Shown here in pieces: positions 9,187 to 17,468 of a stretch of 60,375 nt of DNA. The notes beneath the pieces were generated by a model. That model was not told the origin of the DNA. It did no database searches and saw only the letters and a list, made by a program, of their open reading frames with translations. The first letter of the stretch is position 1. Each line of letters begins with the position of its first letter. Made by a program: the position numbers and the translations under genes. The DNA comes from a virus, in IMG/VR virus record IMGVR_UViG_3300046459_000309, positions 1 to 60,375 of that record; one strand, 5' to 3'.

Positions 9187-9544
9187 GCTTCGCGCCCTCC
9201 TCGGCACGCCGATCAGCGACGAGCGAGCGGAGCTGGCTCACGAGCTGGCGGAAGACGCGATCCTTGGCGAGGTGGGGGCCCGGATCTCCGTACCTCCGCA
9301 GCACGGCGTCAAGAGCGTGGCTCTCAGCATTGCCGCTCGCATCCTGACCAACCCGCAAGGGCTCCGGTCGGAACAGGCGGGCGGCATGCTGCAGTCCTAC
9401 GCCGACTCGCAGACAGGCGTGATCCTGTCTGACGACGAGCGGCGCCGGCTGCGACGAGCCGTCGGCATGGCGTCGGGCGCCGGAATGCTGAACATCGCCC
9501 CCATCGAAACTCGCATCAGTACGTATCCCTGGCGGCAGGCATGA
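9167..9544 (+). CDS. head-tail adaptor/connector-like protein
   Basis: GTG 9167; 125 aa; gene order after capsid. Confidence 0.6.
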   Translation: MLFLTAELRALLGTPISDERAELAHELAEDAILGEVGARISVPPQHGVKSVALSIAARILTNPQGLRSEQAGGMLQSYADSQTGVILSDDERRRLRRAVGMASGAGMLNIAPIETRISTYPWRQA

Positions 9545-9900
9545 GCCTGATCGCGGCCCTGATGTCGGGCACGTGGTACATCGAGCGCGCGGGGGAGCGG
9601 GTACGGGACTCTACGGGGTCGTGGGTGCCCGGTCCCCGCGTGCGCATCCGCATCGACAATTGCGCAGTTATGAGCCCGTACGGCGTGACGGTCGGCTCGT
9701 CCTCGGAGACGCATGAGGCGAGTGACACCGTCGAGACACGACGCGTGTTCGCCGCCCCACTCGGAACCGACGTCCGCCCCTCTGACCGAATCGCCAACGA
9801 AGACGGCTCGGAGGTCTGGGAGGTCATCGGCCGACCGCTCGTCTTCCCGCTGACGTCCCTTGCGCGCGTGGAGGCGACCCTCAAGGAGGTGACTGGCTGA
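9541..9900 (+). CDS. head closure/neck protein (position-based)
   Basis: ATGA overlap with upstream stop; 119 aa. Confidence 0.55.
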   Translation: MSLIAALMSGTWYIERAGERVRDSTGSWVPGPRVRIRIDNCAVMSPYGVTVGSSSETHEASDTVETRRVFAAPLGTDVRPSDRIANEDGSEVWEVIGRPLVFPLTSLARVEATLKEVTG

Positions 9901-10259
9901 TGGCGTTCCGGAGCAAGTACACCGGTAAGTACGCCGGTCTTGGACGCATGGTCAGTCGCCCCTGGCTCGCTAAACCGTGCCGAGATGCTGCCGTCGAGAT
10001 CATGCACGTAGCGGAGGCGATTGCCCCGGTCGGTAACCCGGCAGAGGATAAGCACCCCGGATGGTACAAGCGCAGTTTCAGCGTCGTCCCCGTCAACAAG
10101 AACGTGCCTTTCCGCGGCCAGCCCCGGCAGCGATTCGGCGCCGCTGTCATCAACACCGCTCCGCACGCCTGGCGCGTGGAAACCGGAGATGGGCGAGTCC
10201 CGCGTTATGCAGTGATGCAACGCGCGGTGGACGCCGTGAAGGCGGCGCACAGTGGCTGA
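9900..10259 (+). CDS. HK97 gp10-like neck/tail-completion protein
   Basis: 119 aa; ...NTAPHAWRVETGDG... resembles HK97 gp10 family as recalled; position. Confidence 0.6.
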   Translation: MAFRSKYTGKYAGLGRMVSRPWLAKPCRDAAVEIMHVAEAIAPVGNPAEDKHPGWYKRSFSVVPVNKNVPFRGQPRQRFGAAVINTAPHAWRVETGDGRVPRYAVMQRAVDAVKAAHSG

Positions 10260-10617
10260 CATCGAAGCAGTCCTCGCCCCCTGGCTGGAGCAGCGTTTCG
10301 ACGTCTTCGCGGCAGCCGAGACCCCCGCGGACCTGGAGGAGACGCTTCCCATGATCCGCGTGGAGCGCATTGGCGGGGCGGACGAGCGCTTCTCGCTCCA
10401 TCCACGCGTCGCAGTCGACGTTTTCGCCGCAACGGCTGACGAGGCCCGCACCCTAGCTAACAGCATGCGAGATGCCCTCGTCTTCCTGAGCGGCCCTGTG
10501 GGCGCCTCCGTGGTGCGCTCCGTCCGATGCGACGCCGGTCCATCACGACAACCGTGGGTGAACGAGGCGGTCTACCGACGTGGCGCCACATACACCGTGA
10601 GCCTCCGGGCCGCGTAA
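10252..10617 (+). CDS. tail terminator-like protein (position-based)
   Basis: GTG 10252 overlapping upstream stop; last gene before major tail protein. Confidence 0.55.
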   Translation: MADIEAVLAPWLEQRFDVFAAAETPADLEETLPMIRVERIGGADERFSLHPRVAVDVFAATADEARTLANSMRDALVFLSGPVGASVVRSVRCDAGPSRQPWVNEAVYRRGATYTVSLRAA

Positions 10618-10631
10618 CCCCAACCTCCCAA

Positions 10632-10653
10632 CTCCGTGAGTCGACTCGCGGAG
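10632..10653. promoter_or_regulatory. GTCGAC palindrome, copy 2 (ctccgtgagtcgactcgcggag), intergenic before the major tail gene
   Basis: Read directly. Confidence 0.65.
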
Positions 10654-10678
10654 CCCTTACGCATGCCCTGGAGGCATC

Positions 10679-11272
10679 ATGGCGGACACCCGCAATGCCG
10701 ATCTCACGTTCGGCGCAACTGACTACATCGTGTACGCAGCGGCGGTCAACACGACCATGCCCGTAGCGTTCGCGGATCCCGCGAGTCCCTGGGTGAACCT
10801 CGGCTGGATCACCACGGAGGGCGGACTCTTCAAACGCGAGGATGAGACGAAGGACGTCGAAGCGGCGGGCAGCCTGGAGCCGATCCGCACCCTGATGACG
10901 AAGTCCGTGAAGTCGGCTCAGGTCACGTTCCTGGAGGCCATGAACCCGTTCGTGCGCTCCCTGTACGACAACGTTCCGATTGCGGACCTGGAGCCCACGA
11001 CTGACGTCGTGACGTACGACCTCCCCGACAAGCCGGCGGACCTCCGCTACGCCTTCCTCTTCGACACCGCTGACGGTGACAAGCGGATGCGGCTCTACGC
11101 CCCCAACGGTCTCGTAGTCGAGCGTGGCGACGAGCAGCCGCAGACCAGCGACGTCATGCCGCTGCAGATGACGTTCAAGTTCTTCAAGGGTGCTGCGAAC
11201 GCTGCGGCCGTGAAGCGCAGCATCAAATACGGCGGGATCGACGTCACGAGCTTCTTCCCCGAGACGCCGTAA
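10679..11272 (+). CDS. major tail protein
   Basis: 197 aa immediately upstream of the G/T chaperone pair and tape measure. Confidence 0.8.
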   Translation: MADTRNADLTFGATDYIVYAAAVNTTMPVAFADPASPWVNLGWITTEGGLFKREDETKDVEAAGSLEPIRTLMTKSVKSAQVTFLEAMNPFVRSLYDNVPIADLEPTTDVVTYDLPDKPADLRYAFLFDTADGDKRMRLYAPNGLVVERGDEQPQTSDVMPLQMTFKFFKGAANAAAVKRSIKYGGIDVTSFFPETP

Positions 11273-11384
11273 CACAGCCAGCGACGCCCTGTACCGCGCG
11301 GGTCCGGGGCGTCGCTTCATCCCCTTCAGATCCACAAGACCCGCGCGCTGAACCACATTTACCTGACATAGGAGACCCGCGCCC

Positions 11385-11705
11385 ATGACTGACATCACCC
11401 CCGCTGAGGCACAGGAGAACGAGGCTTCCGAGGAGTACGCGACCGTCCCCCTGGACGGCGTGGATCTGCGTATCAAGCCCGCGTCCAAGTGGCGGCCGTC
11501 GTACCTGCGAGCCCTCCGGAACGGCGACTACGACGGCTGGGCGGCCGGCGTGCTGCACGAGGACGACGTGACTACGTTCATCGAGCTGGACGCCACCTTC
11601 GAAGACATCAACACCTTCACCACGTCCGCCATGGAGTCCACGGGCGAGGCCCCGGGAAAGTCCTCTGGACGTGCGAAGTCCTCGCGGACCACGCGGAAGC
11701 GCTAG
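11385..11705 (+). CDS. tail assembly chaperone (G-like)
   Basis: 106 aa acidic protein directly before tape measure; slippery site near its 3' end. Confidence 0.8.
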   Translation: MTDITPAEAQENEASEEYATVPLDGVDLRIKPASKWRPSYLRALRNGDYDGWAAGVLHEDDVTTFIELDATFEDINTFTTSAMESTGEAPGKSSGRAKSSRTTRKR

Positions 11706-12106
11706 AAGCTGACTTGGCGTTCCGCGGCATTGACCTCCTGGACGTCTACCGCGGACGCCTGTCGCTGCGCCGGCTGCGGGTGCTGATTCAGCATCTGCCG
11801 CCGGAGAGCGCGACGAAGACCGCCCTCCGCAACGCTTCACCTGAGCCCGATCCATCGGCCCCTGCGCCGGAGTTCCGCCCGGACAAGGCGGCATGGAGCA
11901 GCGAAATGATGCTCCTGGCGGACATCAAAGATCAACTGGTGCTGGCTCGATCCGTGGCCATCGCAGCTGCAGGCGGAACCCCGCCCGACTTCACACCCAC
12001 ACCCCGACCGGGGGTCGCCCCAGCGTCTGCGTCCCCGAAGCGGATGACTGACGAGATGCGCCGCGCGCTTGACCCGCGGCTGAGAAACCAGCCGAAGGAG
12101 GCGTGA
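11385..12106 (+). CDS. tail assembly chaperone, -1 frameshift fusion (G-T-like)
   Basis: Frame 0 reads ccG GGA AAG; a -1 slip enters the frame of ORF 11489..12106 (GKVLWTCEVLADHAEALEADLAFRG...), which ends at the tape-measure start. Confidence 0.75.
11654..11660 (+). promoter_or_regulatory. G_GGA_AAG slippery heptamer for -1 programmed frameshift
   Basis: X_XXY_YYZ in the zero frame of 11385..11705, 43 nt before its stop. Confidence 0.75.
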
Positions 12107-12108
12107 GG

Positions 12109-15100
12109 ATGCCGGATCTTGACATTGTGGGCGGTGCGGCGGTCGACGTCGTACCGGTCATCCCCCAGTTCCACACCAAGCTCAAAGCCCTCGTCCTCCC
12201 CATTGCTGACAAGGTCGGCGAAGAGGCCGGCAAGCGCATGGGGGAGGCGATCTCGAAGAACATCGTGATCGCCATCCCGCAGGCCATCAATCAGGGCGGC
12301 AAGCTGGGCGTCCGCGCGGCCGGCAAGCAGGGTGACGACGCGGGTGGAGCGTTCGCGCGCTCCATCCGCCGCAAGCTCGAAGCGGCCTTCAAGGCGATGC
12401 CGAAGCTGAACGTGAAGTTGGGCGACGAGGGCGTTGACGCCGAACTGGCGCGTATCCGGGCCAAGCTGGAGCAGCTGAGCGGTAAACGGATCGGCATCGA
12501 CGTCAGCGCGGAGGCCGCGGAAGCGGAGATCACGCGACTGGAGGAGAAGCTCCGAGAGCTGGGAGCCCAGCATCCCAACGTCGCTGTTCGCGCCGATACC
12601 GCCACTGCCCGCGCCGCACTTGCGGAGATCCGCGCCGAGATCGCGGCAATCGGCGGTCGAAAGACCGTCACGGTAGAGGTCGACGGCGCGTTTGGTGCCA
12701 AGCTCCGTGCGGTCGTCGCAGAGGCGCAGGCGTCCATTCCGGACATCAACGTCGACGCCGACACCTCGCCGGCACGCGCTGAGATTCAGGGCCTGCGGGC
12801 CCGCCTGGAGGCGCTCTCAGACGCTCGCGTTGGAATCGACATCGACGCCGGAGAAGCTCTGGCCGAGATCACCGCGATTCAAACGCGTCTCGGAGTCCTC
12901 AGCATGCAGCGGACTGACATTGATGTCAGTGTGGACGCTGCTGCCGCTATCGCGCAGCTCCAGGCGCTTCGTGCGATGGCGGACGACACCAAGATCTTCC
13001 ACATCAAGGCACTGGCGGACACCTCCGGGGCATCGAGTGCCCTGATGTCTCTCGGGATTCAAATCGTGGCGCTGGCCGCAATTCCCGTAGCTCCCGCGCT
13101 GCTCGCTGGCCTCGGGTCCATCGCAGCCATGGCGACGGCTGCGGGTGCTGGCGTGGGCGCTCTCGCCCTGGCGGCCATTCCCGCCATCAAGGGTGTGACC
13201 ACCGCCATTACGGCGAAGAAGGCCGCGGAGGACGAGGCCAACAAGGCGACGGACAACGGCGCCAAGAGTGCAGTCCAGGCAACTCAGCGCGCCCTGCAAA
13301 TGGCTGGCGCACAGGCGACCCTGTCGGCCGCACACCGCAACGCAGCACGCGCCGCGGAGCAGGCTAGCCGACAGATAGCCGACGCCGAACGGGCTGTAGG
13401 TGACGCTGTGCAGCGTGCTGCGGATCAGCGTCGGCAGTCTGCGGACACGATTGCCCGCGCGCAGGATGCTCTGACTGCTGCTCACCGAAAGGTGCGTGAC
13501 GCGCAGGCATCTCTGACTGACGCCAACGTCAGTGCACGGCAGGCGGAGCAGGATCTCACGCAGGCTCGTCGTGACGCCGCACAGCAGCTGAGGGACCTAC
13601 AGGACCGACTCACTGACGGCGCCCTGGACCAGCGGGAGGCGACTCTTCGCGTTCAGCAGGCACAGCAGGAGCTGAACGAAACCCTGGCCGCCGCTGAGGT
13701 TGGCAAGGCCACGCAGCTCCAGGTTGAGGCGGCACAACTGGCGGCCGACCGGGCGAAGCAGCAGGCCAAGGAGCAGAAGCAGGACTACTCCGACCTGCAG
13801 AAGGATGCAGCGAAGCAGACTAAGGCCGGCGTCGAAGGATCCGACCTCGTCACCGCCGCACACAAGCGCGTGGCCGATGCTCAGAAGGGCGTCAAGGATC
13901 AGATCGAGTCGGTAGCCGACGCACAGAAGGACATGCGCGATCAGGCGAAGGCCGTAGCCGACGCTCAGTCGGACGCCGCCCGCGCACAGAGCCGCGCAGC
14001 ACAGGACGTCGTCGACGCACAGCGGGGTGTCTCTGACGCTATGACGGCGTCGGCAGATGCGCAGGTGTCCGCAGCTGAGAGCATCGCCTCCGCAGAGCGC
14101 GGAGTGGAGTCCGCTCGACTCTCCGGCATCGACACCACTGCCTCCGCGATTACGAAGACTGATGAGTACAGCGAGGCACTCTCGAAACTGAGCGCCCCGC
14201 AGCGAGATCTCTTCGATGCCATCGCCGGCCCGAAGGGGTTGAAGCAGGCGTTCGACGACTGGCAGAAATCGCTACAGCCGGACGTCCTCCCGCTCTTCAC
14301 CAACGGCGTGAACGGCATGAAGAACTCCCTCCCCGGTCTGACTCCGCTTGTTACCGGAGCGGCAGCCGGAATTCAGACGCTGATGGAGAAGGCATCGGCA
14401 CAGATGAAGACGCCGTTTTGGGAAGGTTTCAAGGCTGACCTGAAGGAGAGCGTCGAACCGGCCGTAGTTGGTTTCGGGACGGCGTTCGGAAACGTCATCA
14501 AGGGCATCGCGGGAGTGATCGACGCCTTCCTGCCGCACATGGACGGAATCGTCACTAAGTCGGACAGCATCACGGGTCGTTTCGCCAAGTGGGGGACGAG
14601 CCTGAAGGGCAGTCCCGACTTTGAGAAGTTCCTTCAGTACGTCAAGGAAACGTCGCCCGGTCTTGCGTCTTTCATCGGTGACGTCCTGCGTTCTGTGCTG
14701 GATCTAGCTAAGGCCATTGCGCCGCTATCTCAGACCATGTTCGCCGTAATGAAGCCTATTCTCGACGGCATTTCGTGGATAGCTGTCCACTGTCCCGAGG
14801 CCGTACAGGCGTTGTGGCTGATGTGGACCGCCGTGAAGGCCATCAAGTTGATGATGGTCGCTTTCGGCGTCGTCATGGTCGCGTACAAGTCCGCCGTGAT
14901 TCTGATAACCCTGCTCACGCAGGGGTGGGCTGCTGCAATGTGGGAGGCCAACCTCGCGTTTGAGGCCAACCCCATTGTCGCGATCGTGACGATCATCCTC
15001 GTCGCGATCGGACTGTTGGTGGCCGGCGTGATCTACGCGTACAAGCACTGGGATTGGTTCCGCGTAGCGGTTGACGCCACGTTCAGCGCCATTGCAACCG

Positions 15101-17301
15101 CTGCAACCTGGCTGTGGAGCACCATCCTCCAGCCCGTCTTTTCCGCCATCTGGACCGCCATCAAGGCCGCGGGTGATGTGGCGGTGTGGCTCTGGGAAAA
15201 GGCAATCAAGCCGACGTTCGACTTTCTTGCGGAGGCGGCTCAACTCCTGGTCACTGCACTGGTAACAGTGCTTCTCCTACCTGCGTACCTTGCGTTCCAG
15301 GCTCTGGGCGAAGTCGCCAAATGGCTCTGGGAGAAGGCGATCAAGCCCGCCTTCGACTCGATCGGTGAGGCCGCAACGTGGCTGTGGGACGAGGCCATCA
15401 GTCCCGCGTTCGGCTTCATCGGCGAAAAGGCCAAGTGGCTGTACGACAAGGCCATCAAGCCGGCCATGAAGGACGCCGGGGACAAGATCGACGCTTTCGG
15501 CGAAGTGGTCGACTGGCTGTGGAAGAAGGTCATCAAGCCTGTCTTCGACTTCATCGGGGAAAAGGCTGTCTGGCTGTACGACAAGGCCATCAAGCCTCCG
15601 ATGGACAACATCAAGGCTGCCATGAAGCTCGTTGCGCTGGCGTTTAAGAGCGCCAAGGACGACATCAAGACGCAGTGGGACAAGCTGAAGGACATCGCTA
15701 AGGCGCCCATCAAGTTCATCATCGATCACGTCTACAACAAGGGCATCGTCCCGCTGTGGAACGGCGTCGCTGGGGTCACGGGTGCCGACAAGCTGAAGAA
15801 GATGGACCTGAAGGGATTCCACACGGGCGGCATCATGTCCGGCTATTCCCCGGGCCGCGACGATCGCGTTATCGCGGTTGGTGGCGGTGAGGCCGTCATG
15901 CGTCCTGAGTGGACGCGTGCAGTTGGCGCAGACAAGATCAATCAGTGGAATGCTGCTGCCCGCTCAGGCGGCATCAGCGGCGTTCAGCGTGCGATCTCCG
16001 AGGGCATGCCCGCGTTCAAGGACGGCGGAGTCGTCGGTTGGGTCAAGAACAAGGCCGGCAAGGTCGGGGATTTCGTCTCTGACGTAGCCGACTACGCCAA
16101 CCCTGGGAGGCTTTTCGACAAGGCGAAGGGCTTCATCACCGGACAGCTCAAGGCGCTCCTAACGAACCCGTGGGCAAAGTCTGTTGCCAAGATGCCAGGC
16201 AAGATGCTCGACAGCATGAAGTCCAAGGCGCTGAGCCTCTTCGACTTCGGAGGCGGAGGCGGTGGCGAAGGTGGCTCCTGGATCAAGCCGGTAAACGTCC
16301 CCTTCGGTACTCGCTTCGGCAAGGCCGGATCCCTGTGGTCCTCCGGGCACCACACCGGGCTCGACTTCCCGGCAGCCGTCGGAACCGCAATCAAGGCGGT
16401 TGCTGACGGCGTCGTCTCGCAGTCGACGAGCGGTGGCCCCTACGGCAAGCACGGAATGATCACCCACGGTGGCGGACTGTCGTCGCTGTACGCGCACATG
16501 AGCAAGATCCTTATGAGCGCCGGCCAGCACGTGAAACAGGGCCAGGTCATCGGCCGCGTAGGCGCGACAGGCAACGTCACCGGGCCGCACCTCCACTTGG
16601 AGGCGCGCACAGGTGGACGCACTGTCGACCCCATGCCCTACCTCACCGGTAGCGGTGGAAGCGGCGGCATCGGCTCGGGTGTGGAACGCTGGCGCGGAGT
16701 GGTCAATCAGGCCCTACGTCTGACGGGCAACCCCTCGTCGTACGCGAACGTGACGCTACGACGCATGAACCAGGAGTCGGGCGGAAATCCTCGCGCGGTC
16801 AACAACTGGGACACCAACGCGCGTTCTGGCTACCCGTCGACCGGGCTCATGCAGGTCATCCGGCCCACTTTCCAGTCCTACGCCGGCTCCATGCGTGGCA
16901 AGGGTCCGTTCATGAACGGGGTCAGCATCGACCCCCTGGCGAACATCTACTCATCCATGCGCTACGCGAAGGCTGCTTACGGCAACATCAGCAAGGCGTA
17001 CGGGCGGCCAGGTGGGTACGCCAATGGCGGGTACCCGCCCGTCGGACAGTTCTCCATAGTCGGCGAGAACGGCCCGGAGCTGGCTTACTTCAGTTCCCCA
17101 TCGCAGGTCATCAGCAACACGGACACTCGCGCGATGTTCCGTGAGGCTGCCAGCCAGAAGGGCGGCGGAGGCCCTTCGACGATCAACGTCGAAGCCCGTG
17201 TCTTTGTCGGGGACCGAGAGATCACGGACATCGTCCGCACCGAAGTGACCGCACACGAGGCATCCACGGCTTCGGCCATCGAGACAGGAAGGTGGATCTG
17301 A
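12109..17301 (+). CDS. tape measure protein with C-terminal M23 peptidase and lytic transglycosylase domains
   Basis: 1730 aa; ATG 12109 after GAAGGAGG; HHTGLDF...GNVTGPHLHLE (M23); RRMNQESGGNPRAVNNWD...GLMQV (SLT-like); TM segments mid-protein. Confidence 0.95.
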   Translation: MPDLDIVGGAAVDVVPVIPQFHTKLKALVLPIADKVGEEAGKRMGEAISKNIVIAIPQAINQGGKLGVRAAGKQGDDAGGAFARSIRRKLEAAFKAMPKLNVKLGDEGVDAELARIRAKLEQLSGKRIGIDVSAEAAEAEITRLEEKLRELGAQHPNVAVRADTATARAALAEIRAEIAAIGGRKTVTVEVDGAFGAKLRAVVAEAQASIPDINVDADTSPARAEIQGLRARLEALSDARVGIDIDAGEALAEITAIQTRLGVLSMQRTDIDVSVDAAAAIAQLQALRAMADDTKIFHIKALADTSGASSALMSLGIQIVALAAIPVAPALLAGLGSIAAMATAAGAGVGALALAAIPAIKGVTTAITAKKAAEDEANKATDNGAKSAVQATQRALQMAGAQATLSAAHRNAARAAEQASRQIADAERAVGDAVQRAADQRRQSADTIARAQDALTAAHRKVRDAQASLTDANVSARQAEQDLTQARRDAAQQLRDLQDRLTDGALDQREATLRVQQAQQELNETLAAAEVGKATQLQVEAAQLAADRAKQQAKEQKQDYSDLQKDAAKQTKAGVEGSDLVTAAHKRVADAQKGVKDQIESVADAQKDMRDQAKAVADAQSDAARAQSRAAQDVVDAQRGVSDAMTASADAQVSAAESIASAERGVESARLSGIDTTASAITKTDEYSEALSKLSAPQRDLFDAIAGPKGLKQAFDDWQKSLQPDVLPLFTNGVNGMKNSLPGLTPLVTGAAAGIQTLMEKASAQMKTPFWEGFKADLKESVEPAVVGFGTAFGNVIKGIAGVIDAFLPHMDGIVTKSDSITGRFAKWGTSLKGSPDFEKFLQYVKETSPGLASFIGDVLRSVLDLAKAIAPLSQTMFAVMKPILDGISWIAVHCPEAVQALWLMWTAVKAIKLMMVAFGVVMVAYKSAVILITLLTQGWAAAMWEANLAFEANPIVAIVTIILVAIGLLVAGVIYAYKHWDWFRVAVDATFSAIATAATWLWSTILQPVFSAIWTAIKAAGDVAVWLWEKAIKPTFDFLAEAAQLLVTALVTVLLLPAYLAFQALGEVAKWLWEKAIKPAFDSIGEAATWLWDEAISPAFGFIGEKAKWLYDKAIKPAMKDAGDKIDAFGEVVDWLWKKVIKPVFDFIGEKAVWLYDKAIKPPMDNIKAAMKLVALAFKSAKDDIKTQWDKLKDIAKAPIKFIIDHVYNKGIVPLWNGVAGVTGADKLKKMDLKGFHTGGIMSGYSPGRDDRVIAVGGGEAVMRPEWTRAVGADKINQWNAAARSGGISGVQRAISEGMPAFKDGGVVGWVKNKAGKVGDFVSDVADYANPGRLFDKAKGFITGQLKALLTNPWAKSVAKMPGKMLDSMKSKALSLFDFGGGGGGEGGSWIKPVNVPFGTRFGKAGSLWSSGHHTGLDFPAAVGTAIKAVADGVVSQSTSGGPYGKHGMITHGGGLSSLYAHMSKILMSAGQHVKQGQVIGRVGATGNVTGPHLHLEARTGGRTVDPMPYLTGSGGSGGIGSGVERWRGVVNQALRLTGNPSSYANVTLRRMNQESGGNPRAVNNWDTNARSGYPSTGLMQVIRPTFQSYAGSMRGKGPFMNGVSIDPLANIYSSMRYAKAAYGNISKAYGRPGGYANGGYPPVGQFSIVGENGPELAYFSSPSQVISNTDTRAMFREAASQKGGGGPSTINVEARVFVGDREITDIVRTEVTAHEASTASAIETGRWI
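15109..15606 (+). repeat. in-frame degenerate tandem repeats in the tape measure (WLW/WLY-x-KAIKP-x-FDFIGE, about 7 units)
   Basis: Seen in translation: WLWEKAIKPTFDF, WLWEKAIKPAFDS, WLWDEAISPAFGF, WLYDKAIKPAMKD, WLWKKVIKPVFDF, WLYDKAIKPPMDN. Confidence 0.85.
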
Positions 17302-17468
17302 TGAGCGAGGCACTGCCGGAGCCACTTCCGGAACCCGAAATCGGCCCCTTCCCGGAGCCCGATTCGGATCCGGGGCCGGCGCCTGTGTACACGGCTCCAC
17401 CCCCGGAGCCCGATCCATACAACCCGGAGAATCACCCGAGCCCGGGGGAAAGAGGTGGTGACGGATGA
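17301..17468 (+). CDS. proline-rich micro-ORF (55 aa), not in ORF track
   Basis: ATG overlaps the tape-measure stop (TGATG) and its TGA overlaps the next ATG (ATGA); MSEALPEPLPEPEIGPFPEPDSDPGPAPVYTAPPPEPDPYNPENHPSPGERGGDG. Confidence 0.4.
   Translation: MSEALPEPLPEPEIGPFPEPDSDPGPAPVYTAPPPEPDPYNPENHPSPGERGGDG

Noticed and set aside
12291-16596. Many 60-220 aa ORFs in other frames or on the other strand inside the tape measure gene
   Set aside because: They are nested within a 1730-aa ORF with clear domains, and their translations are compositionally biased (Ser/Ala/Arg).
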